From NCBI GenBank assembly GCA_964480955.1, contig CAYZRW010000002.1, forward strand, positions 58,244 to 122,243: a DNA stretch of 64,000 nt, written 5' to 3'. The position numbers and the translations under genes were made by a program. Numbering within the stretch: position 1 is the first letter of the stretch; every line of letters starts with the position of its first letter. Below, one piece after another: positions 1 to 9,504 of the stretch. A model generated the notes under the pieces. The model saw only the letters and a program-made list of their open reading frames with translations, searched no databases and was not told the origin of the DNA. The stretch comes from an uncultured Candidatus Bathyarchaeia archaeon. GTDB lineage: Archaea; Thermoproteota; Bathyarchaeia; 40CM-2-53-6; RBG-13-38-9.

Positions 1-834
1 GATAAGGCACCTATCAGCTTTCAATCCGGGATGGTCGACATCAAGATATCTAGCGTCATGTACTAGCAGAGTTACGTTGCGGCAACCCAGCCTCTCAACA
101 TTGTTTCGAGCAACCTCAATCTTTCTTGAATTTCTGTCAACCCCTATCACTCTGCCTGTGTTCTGCATCAGCTGCGAGATATGTGTGAGCTTTCCACCTG
201 GTGAACAGGTCAGGTCGACCACTGTCTCGCCCGGCTGCGGATCTAAGACTCTGGTTGTGACCATGGCTGGTAGAGACTGAGGGTGAATTAGCCCCTCTCT
301 ATATTCTTCTGTCTCTCTGAGACTTACTGTTCTGTAGATTGGTGATACTACCTCTACTGCAAGTCCCTTTCTAAAGGTCAGGATCTCCGTCTCACTCATT
401 CGCATCTTTCCCACGCCCACAACTTGGTTGTGGATGTCTTTGACTGCAACCTCATCGCCGAGGCGGAGTCTTGAGCACTTCAACACTGCTGGAGCGTAGA
501 TGTGAGCTCCCTGAAGAACAGACTCAGCAGCGAACTTGTCTACAACAATGCTCTTCTCGACTCTAGGAACCTCATACGGCCCAGTAATGCTTGTAAAGAC
601 GGCTTCGCGGATTGGGTCAAACTTGTAAATCTGAACGCTCCTCATCCGAATCTTTTCAATTAACTCTTCAGGGGAGGTCTTTAGAGTGTTGACCCTCAGG
701 AAATATCTCTCACTCGGCCTCTTGAGTGACTGGACCACCTTCTCCAAGTCGCCTCCAAATACTTCTCTCAGAACCTCGACTGTGTCTGTGGAGAACAGGT
801 ATTTGTCCGAAAGTTTTCTAATTGGGTCCTCCAA
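1..834 (-). CDS. NOL1/NOP2/Sun-family RNA cytosine-C5 methyltransferase with PUA domain. 3' partial, the C-terminus lies beyond the window start.
   Basis: Manual reverse-strand translation gives LEDPIRKLSDKYLFSTDTVEVLREVFGGDLEKVVQSLKRPSERYFLRVNTLKTSPEEL...VLDPQPGETVVDLTCSPGGKLTHISQLMQNTGRVIGVDRNSRKIEVARNNVERLGCRNVTLLVHDARYLD. The second part holds the NSUN SAM-binding motif (DLCSAPGGKT-like). Probable TTG start at 834..832. It is not on the ORF track because it has no in-window stop. Confidence 0.6.
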   Translation of the reverse strand, partial: MEDPIRKLSDKYLFSTDTVEVLREVFGGDLEKVVQSLKRPSERYFLRVNTLKTSPEELIEKIRMRSVQIYKFDPIREAVFTSITGPYEVPRVEKSIVVDKFAAESVLQGAHIYAPAVLKCSRLRLGDEVAVKDIHNQVVGVGKMRMSETEILTFRKGLAVEVVSPIYRTVSLRETEEYREGLIHPQSLPAMVTTRVLDPQPGETVVDLTCSPGGKLTHISQLMQNTGRVIGVDRNSRKIEVARNNVERLGCRNVTLLVHDARYLDVDHPGLKADRCLI

Positions 835-960
835 TCAGCTATATCTCCTTGGGTTACGACATTCTTGTTCCGGCGTGACCCTCAGGTTCAAGACAACCTT
901 TTCTAGGCAAGGTTCATAAGTTCTGTGAGGCTCAAGACAAAGTTCTGGGAGGTTTCGTGA

Positions 961-1401
961 TTGTCGCGTGTAGGCATACATGGCAAGGGGGAACTCTCAA
1001 TTCAGAGTTTGATCGATCTCATAAGGGCCAACGAGAGGTTCAGTGAGGTCGGTGGGGTTGCTTGCTTCCTTGGGTTCGTCAAGGGTTTCACAAATGAAGA
1101 TAAGAAAGTTACGGGCCTCGAGTTAGAGGCGTATAAGGATAGGGCTGAGGAGACCTTCAGCCAAATATCGGAGGACATAAGGAACCGACCTGGAATAGTT
1201 GATTGTCTCATTCACCATGTCACTGGGAAGCTTGAGTTGGGAGACCTTATCTTCACTGTTATGGTAGCTGGAAGGTCTAGGAGGGATGTGTTTCCGGCCC
1301 TTGTGGAAGCTGTTGAGCGTGCAAAGAGGGAGGCGGCGATATGGAAGAAGGAGACTCTGGAGACTGGTGAGTCTTACTGGGTTGAGTATGGTAAAGAATA
1401 G
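961..1401 (+). CDS. moaE: molybdopterin synthase catalytic subunit MoaE
   Basis: 146 aa. The C-terminal HHVTGKLELGDLIFTVMVAGRSRRDVFPALVEAVERAKREAAIWKKE matches the MoaE hallmark (H-x-G-x-L, HR, PIWKKE). Confidence 0.7.
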   Translation: MSRVGIHGKGELSIQSLIDLIRANERFSEVGGVACFLGFVKGFTNEDKKVTGLELEAYKDRAEETFSQISEDIRNRPGIVDCLIHHVTGKLELGDLIFTVMVAGRSRRDVFPALVEAVERAKREAAIWKKETLETGESYWVEYGKE

Positions 1402-1465
1402 CGAGTAGATATCGGATTCGTGCAGAAAAATCTAGGATGACGCATTGATGCGTCATCCAATCTTT

Positions 1466-1966
1466 CTAGAATCTTCTTCTCGAACCGAATCTTCTATAGC
1501 CTCTTCTTCCCTCTCTCCGTTCCTCTCCACCGTATCTCGGCCTAAAGCTAGGGTAACGTTGCTCCCTCTCAAACTGTTTGTCCGAGAGGTTATTGGTTGT
1601 ATTCACAGTTGAGATTGCCTGACTTGAAGGTGCCAAGCTCCCATACCTACCAATATTCAGCCGCATTGAGCCTTTGAACAGGGATATGTATCCATTCTTG
1701 ATGTCTAAGGTGGCTTCCTCTTTTACGGTATCGATGTTGTCATCCCAAAGGGTGAGGTATATTGAACCCGTCTCATCGCCTACAAGCGCATCCACTACTC
1801 TGTGGACAGAACCATCCCTTCTTGAGATGGTCTCCCTCACCGGGCTCTTCGAGACAACCTTTACGGTGGTGTTCACCTGTCTCGAGTTTGGGCTTAGAGT
1901 TTCTACTTTCACGGTTTCTGAACTGCTCGTTGTAGTTTCATCAAACGACATCTTGCTTACTCTCAC
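1466..1966 (-). CDS. OB-fold ssDNA/RNA-binding protein (SSB/RPA-like) with an arginine/glycine-rich C-terminal tail
   Basis: 166 aa. The central segment GDETGSIYLTLWDDNIDTVKEEATLDIKNGYISLFKGSMRLNIG resembles the OB-fold of short archaeal SSBs. The C-terminus RYGGEERREGRRGYRRFGSRRRF is an RGG-like tail. Confidence 0.5.
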   Translation of the reverse strand: MRVSKMSFDETTTSSSETVKVETLSPNSRQVNTTVKVVSKSPVRETISRRDGSVHRVVDALVGDETGSIYLTLWDDNIDTVKEEATLDIKNGYISLFKGSMRLNIGRYGSLAPSSQAISTVNTTNNLSDKQFEREQRYPSFRPRYGGEERREGRRGYRRFGSRRRF

Positions 1967-2041
1967 TTAACCAGAAAGGTTTCGGAATCCCTACTTTTAA
2001 GAGTTGTTCTAGAAAGAGCCCAACAAAATTTGAGTTGCCGG

Positions 2042-3502
2042 CTAATTCTGCCTTGTCCTAGCCCGTAAAACTTTCAGTTTATCAGTCACTAGGATGTTTG
2101 CCAGTTGAGGATCAGCTTTACCCTCTGTTTCCTTCATCAGCTGGCCTACCAAGAACCGTATTGCCTTCTCGTCCTTGATCGCGTCCTTCACAGCTTCAGG
2201 GTTCGAGTCGAATATCTTCTCAGTCAGTTGCTGCAGATATTCTCTGTCAGAGATTCTTCTCATACCTCTTTCCTTGATTGTGTCTTCTGGAGATCTTCCC
2301 GTGGTCAACATCTCTTTCAGGATATCTTTAGCGATCTTCCCACTTATCGTCCCATCATCTATGAGCTCAAGCAACCTGACCATATGCTCAGGTTTGATCT
2401 TGCTGTCTTTCAACTCTAGGTTCATTTCATAGAGGTATGAGAGGAGGTCTCCCACAAGCCAGTTGCCGAGCAAGTCTGGCCGCTCATAGTTCTTGGCGCA
2501 CTCTTCAAAGAACTCTGCAAGAGCCTTGTTCTCTGTGAGGACTTCTGCGTTCTGCAAGGATATTCTATACTGAGCCATCAGTCGCTGTTTGTGGCTTTCT
2601 GGAAGCTCAGGCATCCAGAGTTTCTGCTTCTCAACCTCTTGCTCTGTGATCAGTACTGGGACGAGGTCTGGCTCAGGGAAGTATCTGTAGTCTTCCTCCT
2701 CCTCCTTGACTCTCAGGGAGATGGTGATCCTTCTCGTTTCATCCCAGTGTCTCGTCTCCCTCCCGATGCGGAGCCCTTTTCTAAGCAGGTTTCTTTGTCT
2801 TGTAATCTCAAAGTTGAGGGCCCTCTCCACCTCCTTGAAGGACGAGATGTTCTTAACCTCTACCCTAGTTCTTCCCGCAATCGAGATGTTTGCGTCGCAT
2901 CGCATGGAGCCTTCAAGTTCGCCTCTTGAGACTCCGAGGTGCTCAAGGATTGAGCGTAGCTTCTGGAGGAAGACTCGGGCCTCTCTTGGAGAGTTCATGT
3001 CAGGCGCTGTGACTATCTCAGCCAAGGCTACTCCAGCCCTGTTGTAGTCGACTAGAGTTGACCTTGAGGTCTCTATAGTACCCTCATAGCTGAGTTTGCC
3101 AGGATCCTCCTCAAGCTGCAGCCTAGAGATCCTGACGACCTTTCCTCCATCAAGCGTTATGGTTCCGTTCTTGGCTATTGGGATTCCTCCCGCCTTATCG
3201 TACTGGGAGATCTGAAAGTTCTTCGGCATATCTGGGTAGAAGTAGTTCTTCCTGTAGAAGATTGTTCTATCGCTTATCTGCATATTCAGTGCTAGTGCTA
3301 TCAGAAGAGCGTCGTCGACGGCTTTGCGGTTGAGTACCGGAAGGGTTCCCGGCAGTCCCGTACAGACCGGACAGATATGTGTGTTAGGTTCACTCTGCCT
3401 GTAATCTGCTGAGCAGTTGCAGAAGAGTTTGCTCTTGAGGTTGGTCAGTTGACAATGGACCTCCAACCCAATCTTGACCCTGAGGTCGGTGGACCCCAAC
3501 AC
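2042..3502 (-). CDS. gatB: Asp-tRNA(Asn)/Glu-tRNA(Gln) amidotransferase subunit B
   Basis: 486 aa. N-terminal IGLEVHCQL, the cysteine cluster CPVCTGLPGTLPVLN and a C-terminal GatB/YqeY domain (LVGQLMKETEGKADP). It sits in operon with gatA/gatC/aspS. Confidence 0.9.
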   Translation of the reverse strand: MLGSTDLRVKIGLEVHCQLTNLKSKLFCNCSADYRQSEPNTHICPVCTGLPGTLPVLNRKAVDDALLIALALNMQISDRTIFYRKNYFYPDMPKNFQISQYDKAGGIPIAKNGTITLDGGKVVRISRLQLEEDPGKLSYEGTIETSRSTLVDYNRAGVALAEIVTAPDMNSPREARVFLQKLRSILEHLGVSRGELEGSMRCDANISIAGRTRVEVKNISSFKEVERALNFEITRQRNLLRKGLRIGRETRHWDETRRITISLRVKEEEEDYRYFPEPDLVPVLITEQEVEKQKLWMPELPESHKQRLMAQYRISLQNAEVLTENKALAEFFEECAKNYERPDLLGNWLVGDLLSYLYEMNLELKDSKIKPEHMVRLLELIDDGTISGKIAKDILKEMLTTGRSPEDTIKERGMRRISDREYLQQLTEKIFDSNPEAVKDAIKDEKAIRFLVGQLMKETEGKADPQLANILVTDKLKVLRARTRQN

Positions 3503-3513
3503 CTCTCAACCCT

Positions 3514-4977
3514 CTAGACCTGCAGTTTCAAGTTCAGTTCCCCAAGGTTCTGTTCCAGAGTATGTGCGGCTCTTATGAGGAGGTCCTCCCTAAATGCCGG
3601 GGCCATCAGCTGAACCCCTATTGGTAGGCCCCGATTTGAGGCGCAAGGCATCGATATCGCCGGTATCCCCGCAAGATTTGCTACGACAGTATCAACATCG
3701 CACATGTACATCTCCAAGGGGTCCAGAAGCTTCTCTTTCAGCCTGAACGGCAAGATTGGCATGGTCGGCCCGACTAGTAAATCAAAACTCTTGAAGGCCT
3801 TGGACAACGCTTGTTTGATTATGGTTCTGACCTTCTGAGCTTTCAGGTAGTATTGATCGTAGTAACCCGCCGAGAGGGCGAAGGTTCCAAGCATGATTCT
3901 CCTTTTGACCTCGGGGCCGAAGCCAGCTCTTCTGTTTTGAGAGAAAGCTGTACTCCAGTCGTGATCTTCATCCTTGAGTCTGAATCCGTATCTTAACCCA
4001 TCATACCGTGCAAGGTTTGAGCTTGCCTCAGACATTGCGATGACATAGTATGAGGCCAAAGCATAGTCGAAGCTCTCAAGCCTGGTCTCAGTGTGGGTAG
4101 CTCCAAGCTCCTCAAGCTTGAATATGGCGTTCCAGACACTCTTTGAGACAGTCTCATCCGTACCCTCGCCGAAGAGTTCTTCTGGAACCCCTATCCTTAC
4201 GTCGGTGACATCCTCAACAAGACTCTTTCTCAGTCTTGGAGGGCCTGAATCAACTGACGTGCTGTCTCGACTGTCGCCGCCCGCTATGCAGTCCATCAGC
4301 AAGGCAATGTCAGTGACGTTTCTTGCTATTGGTGATATCTGTTCTAGACTGTTGGCGTAGGCGATTAGGCCATACCTGCTGACTAGACCATATGTCGGTT
4401 TTAGTCCCACGACACCGCAGAAGCTTGACGGACATCTTGCAGATCCTCCAGTATCGGAGCCTAATGCGACTGTTGCCTCAAGAGCAGCCACTGAGGTCGC
4501 GCTCCCTCCAGACGAACCCCCAGGAACCCTCCTCAGATCGTAAGGGTTGAGTGTAGGACCGAATCGACTGTGTTCCGTGGATGAGCCCATGGCGAACTCG
4601 TCCATGTTCGTCTTTCCAACAATTATTGCGTCTTGCGCCTTCAGTCGCTCAATGACCGTAGCGTCGTAAGGAGGAATGAAGTTATCAAGCATTCTCGAGG
4701 CACATGTTGTTCTTACCCCCATTGTGCAGATGTTGTCTTTGACCGCTATGGCGACACCGGCTAGGGATCCAACCTCTTGATTCCTGCGAATCCTAGAGTC
4801 TATCTCACGAGCTTTTTTCAGGGCTGAGTCCTCGGTTAGGGTTAGGAAGGCATGAATTCTCCGTTCAACCTTTTTTATCCTATCGTAGCACTCACCTATG
4901 TATTCCTCATCGGATACCTCCTGTGCTCTAATCTTCTCGACGAGCTCGGAAGCCGAGAACTCTAGAATTCCTGACAT
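3514..4977 (-). CDS. gatA: amidotransferase subunit A (amidase family)
   Basis: 487 aa. Amidase signature GGSSGGSATSVAA and catalytic AVKDNICTMG. Confidence 0.9.
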   Translation of the reverse strand: MSGILEFSASELVEKIRAQEVSDEEYIGECYDRIKKVERRIHAFLTLTEDSALKKAREIDSRIRRNQEVGSLAGVAIAVKDNICTMGVRTTCASRMLDNFIPPYDATVIERLKAQDAIIVGKTNMDEFAMGSSTEHSRFGPTLNPYDLRRVPGGSSGGSATSVAALEATVALGSDTGGSARCPSSFCGVVGLKPTYGLVSRYGLIAYANSLEQISPIARNVTDIALLMDCIAGGDSRDSTSVDSGPPRLRKSLVEDVTDVRIGVPEELFGEGTDETVSKSVWNAIFKLEELGATHTETRLESFDYALASYYVIAMSEASSNLARYDGLRYGFRLKDEDHDWSTAFSQNRRAGFGPEVKRRIMLGTFALSAGYYDQYYLKAQKVRTIIKQALSKAFKSFDLLVGPTMPILPFRLKEKLLDPLEMYMCDVDTVVANLAGIPAISMPCASNRGLPIGVQLMAPAFREDLLIRAAHTLEQNLGELNLKLQV

Positions 4978-4988
4978 ATCAGGTTCAA

Positions 4989-5291
4989 CTAGACGATTCT
5001 GGGTGCTTTGATGAATCTCTTTTTGGTGACTGGTGCGATTTTGAGAAGCTCGTCTGAGGGTTTGGGTTGCGGCTCATCCTCCCTCATGACGTTTACAACT
5101 TCCACCACGTGGTAGGTTGGTTCAACACCTTCAGTATTCACTTCATCAAGCTTCTTGAAGTACTTCAGGATCTCACTCATCTCCTGTGCGTACTTCTGTT
5201 CCTCAGCCTTTGAGATAGTGATCCTCGCAAGCCAAGCCAGATGCCTGACTTGTTCCCTCGTTATCTCCTTGCGTCTGGCCGTATCAACCAC
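4989..5291 (-). CDS. gatC: amidotransferase subunit C
   Basis: 100 aa. GatC-like region TREQVRHLAWLARITISKAEEQKYAQEMSEILKYFKKLDEV. Its position between aspS and gatA supports the call. Confidence 0.75.
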   Translation of the reverse strand: MVDTARRKEITREQVRHLAWLARITISKAEEQKYAQEMSEILKYFKKLDEVNTEGVEPTYHVVEVVNVMREDEPQPKPSDELLKIAPVTKKRFIKAPRIV

Positions 5292-5293
5292 CT

Positions 5294-6619
5294 TTATGGC
5301 GTGAGCCTCTGAGGGTCTCTTGGGAAGAGAACTACCTCACGAATGTTTTCAACACCTGTCAAGACCATTATGAGCCTATCTAGACCCATCCCGAACCCTG
5401 CGTGTGGTGGCATACCGTAATCAAAGACCTTCAGGTGATATTCAAAATTCTTGGGTTCTAGGCCCTTCTCTTTAAGTCTCTTGACGAGTTCCTTTCGGTT
5501 ACTTATTCTCGAACCGCCTGAAGCAAGCTCTATGGGACCGCACATGAAGTCGAAGGACTCACAAATCTCTGGGTTGCTTCTCTTTGGCTTTATGTAGAAC
5601 GCTTTGGAAGTTGTGGGCCAATCGGTTATGAAGTGGTACTGTGGAAACATCTTTGAGTATGCCTTTAGTGAGGGTGTTGAGAGATCATCGCCCCACTCAA
5701 CCTCGACTCCTTCCTTCTCAAGGATCTTGTGAACCTCGTCATAAGTTATTCTTCGGAGCGGTAAATGGGGAGGCTCAAGCCTAATCTTTAGAGTTGATAA
5801 CTCGTTCTCACACCTTGCGATTAGAGACTTTATCACATGAGAGATCATTCTCTCAAGAAGCTCCATCAAGTCAGTATAAGTTACGTAGGCCTGTTCAACA
5901 TCTACGGATATCGCTTCACTGAGATGCTTGAGCGTTCTGAACTGTTCAGCCCTGAAGATAGGCCCTATCTCGAAAACCTTCTCGAAGACGCTTGCCAACT
6001 GCTCCTTGTAAAGTTGGGGGCTCTGAGCTAGGAAAGCCTCTTTGTCATAGTAGAGTAGCGGGAAGAGGGCCGCTCCACCTTCTGTGGCTGAAGCTATTAT
6101 TTTTGGCGTGTTAACCTCAATGAAACCCTCTTCTTGGAGAAGCTGCCTCATGGCTTGGAGGACAACGCTTCTAATTCTGAATATTGCCTGGGATTGAGGG
6201 CGCAGAAGGTCTATCGCACGCAGGTCAAGCCTCTTGTCCATGCTCTGTTCAACTCGTCCATAGGGGTCGAAGGGAAGCTTCTTTTGGGGTTCACTGAGGA
6301 TCCTGATTTGAGACGGTTCAATCTCAGCTCCATGCGGCGCCTTCTCTATACTCCTCACAGACCCCCTGACGCCTATCAAAGAGTACTGTTCGAGGTCTTT
6401 GACCCCTTCAAGAACAGCTGGCTCGGATCTGTCCCTGTGAACGGTTAACTGAACTATTCCTTTCATGTCCTGAAGTATGATGAACGTAATGCCGCCCTGC
6501 TCGCGGATACTAACCACTCTGCCGAAGACTGTAACTTCCCTTCCCGCAAGGTCTGGGTTCACGTCGACAGAGTAACGTGTTCTCCTCCAGTCATTCAGCT
6601 CTTCTGAGACCCTGGGCAA
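5294..6619 (-). CDS. aspS: aspartyl-tRNA synthetase, archaeal type. Likely non-discriminating given the adjacent gatCAB.
   Basis: 441 aa. Class II aaRS motifs FRAEQ, GFGMGLDRL and an N-terminal OB anticodon-binding domain. Confidence 0.85.
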   Translation of the reverse strand: MPRVSEELNDWRRTRYSVDVNPDLAGREVTVFGRVVSIREQGGITFIILQDMKGIVQLTVHRDRSEPAVLEGVKDLEQYSLIGVRGSVRSIEKAPHGAEIEPSQIRILSEPQKKLPFDPYGRVEQSMDKRLDLRAIDLLRPQSQAIFRIRSVVLQAMRQLLQEEGFIEVNTPKIIASATEGGAALFPLLYYDKEAFLAQSPQLYKEQLASVFEKVFEIGPIFRAEQFRTLKHLSEAISVDVEQAYVTYTDLMELLERMISHVIKSLIARCENELSTLKIRLEPPHLPLRRITYDEVHKILEKEGVEVEWGDDLSTPSLKAYSKMFPQYHFITDWPTTSKAFYIKPKRSNPEICESFDFMCGPIELASGGSRISNRKELVKRLKEKGLEPKNFEYHLKVFDYGMPPHAGFGMGLDRLIMVLTGVENIREVVLFPRDPQRLTP

Positions 6620-6837
6620 ATCTCTTACCTTAGCCCCCAGTTATTCAGATGCCTTTTATTACTTTTACCGGTTTCCACAGGTCTCTGGAGCCACCATCTA
6701 GCCAGTCCCTGCAGATAGAAGAATCTCCTGACTGTTCTTGAGACTCTGGTTACATACCCTTCAAAGTATTTATTACAAAAGTTCTGAGGGAAGAGTCTAT
6801 TAGACTTGGTTATTCTAGACTTCATAATGCAGTCTGT

Positions 6838-7524
6838 GTGAACATAAGAGACGTGAACAATGTGGGTACCCCAACACATCCTGTAGAGGCATACTGTCTT
6901 TCCAAGAATTATGGAAATAGATTCGGCTTGAAGGATGCAAGCTTCGAGGTTAGAGATCGTGAAGTATTCGGGCTGATAGGGCCAAATGGCGCTGGAAAAT
7001 CAACTCTGCTAAGAATCTTAGCCACCCTGACTCGGCCCACCAGTGGAGAGGCCAAGATCTTTGGGCATGATATCATCAAGCAACCACGTCTTGTCCGGAG
7101 GATGATCGGTGTGGTGCTCCATCAAAGCCTCCTCTACGATGAGTTGTCTGGGAAAGAGAATCTCTCATTCTACTTGCGACTCTACGGTCTAAGAGACAGG
7201 AAGATAATAGAACAGAAGATAGTTGATAAGGCATCAATATTTGGCGTTAATGAACGGCTTGACGACCAAGTTAGAACGCTTTCAAGCGGATTAAAAAAGC
7301 GGCTTGACATTGCCAGAGCAACTATTCACAGTCCAAGACTTCTACTGCTGGATGAACCCTTCGCAGGGCTCGACCGTGAAGGCGTGGACCACCTCAAGAA
7401 CTACCTGAGTCATGCCAGAGAGAATTCAACGATTGTACTCTCGACCCATAGTCTAGACATAGCGAAAGAGACCTCTGACAGGATTGCTGCCTTGAGAGAT
7501 GGCCGGATCATGGAGATACATTGA
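6838..7524 (+). CDS. ccmA: heme exporter ABC ATP-binding protein CcmA
   Basis: Walker A GPNGAGKST, signature LSSGLKKRL, Walker B LLLLDEP. It is the first gene of the ccmABCDE cluster. Confidence 0.7.
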   Translation: MNIRDVNNVGTPTHPVEAYCLSKNYGNRFGLKDASFEVRDREVFGLIGPNGAGKSTLLRILATLTRPTSGEAKIFGHDIIKQPRLVRRMIGVVLHQSLLYDELSGKENLSFYLRLYGLRDRKIIEQKIVDKASIFGVNERLDDQVRTLSSGLKKRLDIARATIHSPRLLLLDEPFAGLDREGVDHLKNYLSHARENSTIVLSTHSLDIAKETSDRIAALRDGRIMEIH

Positions 7525-7548
7525 ATCACAAGATAGTGAATAAGGCGT

Positions 7549-8238
7549 ATGTCCTCTGTTGTTGTCTTTCTGAAAGAGGCATGGGAGATCCTGTTTAAGG
7601 ATCTTCGTCTAGAGTTGAGGAGAAGATACGAGATCTACGCTATCGTTATCTTCGCTTTGCTCTCAAACCTCTCATTCGGGTTCGCATTGGGACCTTTGAA
7701 TCCTAACGTACTTGAGTTCGTACCGGCGGTTCTTTGGATATCGATCCTGTTCATTGGTATGCTCAGTTTCACGACAGTTTTTGTGCGGGAGATGGATAAG
7801 GGCTACATCGACGGTTTAAGATTAGCACCAATCCCCCCTCAAGCCATATTCATGGGAAAGGCATGTTACACTTTCATGCTCATGTGTGTAGGCGCAGTCT
7901 TCCTAATCCCTTCAAGCATGGTTCTTCTAAACTATGGTTTTCACTCAGACTACTTGCTTGTAGTTCTGGTTTTTGTCTTGGGTATCCTCAACATAGCCGT
8001 TGTAGGCTCGATGATCTCGGCTTTGGTGATGTATGCCGAGTCAAGGGCCCTCATCATTCCTGCTCTATCTCTTCCACTCATCCCCGGAACATTGGTTCCT
8101 TCAATCCTTGCAACAGGCAAACTCACAGCCAAAGCACAGATAGAAGCGATCATCCCTGAACTTCAGCTTAACCTCGCATTCCTCCTATTGATGGTTGCAG
8201 TCTTGTGGATAACGTTTGAATATGTGCTGTATGATTGA
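7549..8238 (+). CDS. ccmB: heme exporter permease CcmB
   Basis: 229 aa, about 6-TM hydrophobic protein directly after ccmA and before ccmC. Its size and position fit CcmB. Confidence 0.6.
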   Translation: MSSVVVFLKEAWEILFKDLRLELRRRYEIYAIVIFALLSNLSFGFALGPLNPNVLEFVPAVLWISILFIGMLSFTTVFVREMDKGYIDGLRLAPIPPQAIFMGKACYTFMLMCVGAVFLIPSSMVLLNYGFHSDYLLVVLVFVLGILNIAVVGSMISALVMYAESRALIIPALSLPLIPGTLVPSILATGKLTAKAQIEAIIPELQLNLAFLLLMVAVLWITFEYVLYD

Positions 8239-8253
8239 GTTTGAGGAAGGTCA

Positions 8254-8928
8254 ATGAAGAGCCAACCCACTTTAGCTGGAATATTTCTGATCAACCTCGT
8301 CGCGCTCTACATGATATTCATCTGGGCTCCGCCCGAGAAGTCTCTTGGGGACTCTTACAGGGTCTTTTTCATTCATACACCCTCGGCGTGGGTCTCTTAT
8401 CTTGCATTTGCAATCACCTTCTCTGGCAGCTTTCTCTATCTCAAGACTGCAAAACCAATATGGGATCTGTATGCGTCATCATCAGCGGTGCTCGGAATTC
8501 TTTTTTCTTTGGTGACCTTGCTCACAGGATCGATCTGGGCGAAGGTTGCTTGGGGATTATACTGGAATTGGGACCCAAGGGAAACCTCTACATTGATACT
8601 CTTCCTGGCATATCTTGGATACCTAAGTTTCAGAATGGCAATAGCCGAAAGGGAACGCAGAGCTAGAGTCTCAGCAGTTCTCGGCATCCTTGTCTTCGTC
8701 AGCGTTCCGTTAAGTTATTTCTCAACAGTCTTCTGGTCGACCCTCCACCCGATGCCCCTGCTACCTACGAACAGGTTGCAGCTTGCTGTTGACCCCTCAA
8801 TACTATTAACATTGGCAGTCTCAACTCTTGGAGTAACATTATTATTCTTCTGGATTCTCTACCTCACAATAAACATGTATAGGCTGACTGAGGCTATCGA
8901 ACTTGCCTCTTTGGAGAGTAAAGGATGA
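8254..8928 (+). CDS. ccmC: heme exporter / heme lyase subunit CcmC
   Basis: Tryptophan-rich WWD motif WGLYWNWDPRE and the conserved His loop FFIHTPSAW. Confidence 0.85.
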   Translation: MKSQPTLAGIFLINLVALYMIFIWAPPEKSLGDSYRVFFIHTPSAWVSYLAFAITFSGSFLYLKTAKPIWDLYASSSAVLGILFSLVTLLTGSIWAKVAWGLYWNWDPRETSTLILFLAYLGYLSFRMAIAERERRARVSAVLGILVFVSVPLSYFSTVFWSTLHPMPLLPTNRLQLAVDPSILLTLAVSTLGVTLLFFWILYLTINMYRLTEAIELASLESKG

Positions 8929-9062
8929 ACACTCTCGAAACGCTACTCGGAGTCTCAATAGTCTTCTGGGGATTCATATTCCTCTACCTTCTGTGGCTCC
9001 ACTCAAGGATCAAGAAGATTTCGAAAACTGTAGACAGACTAAGACAGACTGAGTCGACTTGA
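8925..9062 (+). CDS. ccmD: CcmD-like small membrane protein (45 aa). Not on the ORF track because it is below the size cutoff.
   Basis: ATG at 8925 overlaps the ccmC stop (ATGA). It encodes MNTLETLLGVSIVFWGFIFLYLLWLHSRIKKISKTVDRLRQTEST, a single TM helix plus a basic tail. Its stop overlaps the ccmE TTG start (TTGA at 9059..9062). Confidence 0.45.
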   Translation: MNTLETLLGVSIVFWGFIFLYLLWLHSRIKKISKTVDRLRQTEST

Positions 9063-9433
9063 AGCCGAGATTACCCAAGATATTGGTGCTGGCAGTAGTC
9101 CTATTCGTGGCTGGTTATCTTGTATCTCAAGCATTGACTACAGTCATGAATCCGTACCTATCGATCTCAGAAGTTAGAAAGAATCCTGAGAGATACTTCG
9201 GTAAAGGGATTCAGATGATCGGAAATGTTACAGGCCCTTTGAGCGGAGGAGTTCAAGGTCTCAACTTTACACTGACGGAAGATTCAGCTTCCATCCAAGT
9301 GACGTACACAGGCCCGATCCCCCAAAACTTTAAGGAGGGAATTCGTGTCGTGGTCATAGGTAAACTCAACACAGACGGCCAAATGGTTGCTGAACAGATA
9401 CTCACTAAGTGTCCGTCGAAATACACCGCCTAA
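9059..9433 (+). CDS. ccmE: cytochrome c heme chaperone CcmE, CxxxY variant
   Basis: 124 aa. N-terminal TM anchor, OB-fold body, and the C-terminus LTKCPSKYTA carrying the C-x-x-x-Y heme-binding motif typical of archaeal/deltaproteobacterial CcmE rather than HxxxY. Confidence 0.75.
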   Translation: MKPRLPKILVLAVVLFVAGYLVSQALTTVMNPYLSISEVRKNPERYFGKGIQMIGNVTGPLSGGVQGLNFTLTEDSASIQVTYTGPIPQNFKEGIRVVVIGKLNTDGQMVAEQILTKCPSKYTA

Positions 9434-9504
9434 CACTATTCAAAACAGGACCCTGCCAACATGAACTCAGTCTAGATTAATACTGCGCTTGGAGGATCAG
9501 CCTG

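Noticed and set aside
77-919. Track ORFs 77..280 and 686..919 on the + strand
   Set aside because: They lie antisense to a much better supported NSUN/PUA methyltransferase reading frame on the - strand (1..834), and have no motifs.
2105-3047. Several + strand ORFs (2105..2419, 2175..2432, 2591..2929, 2706..3047)
   Set aside because: They are antisense or inside the well-supported gatB gene. Low-complexity, no motifs.
6625-6879. 84-aa - strand ORF spanning the ccmA upstream region
   Set aside because: It overlaps the ccmA start, has no motifs, and sits in a likely promoter region. It is probably not coding.
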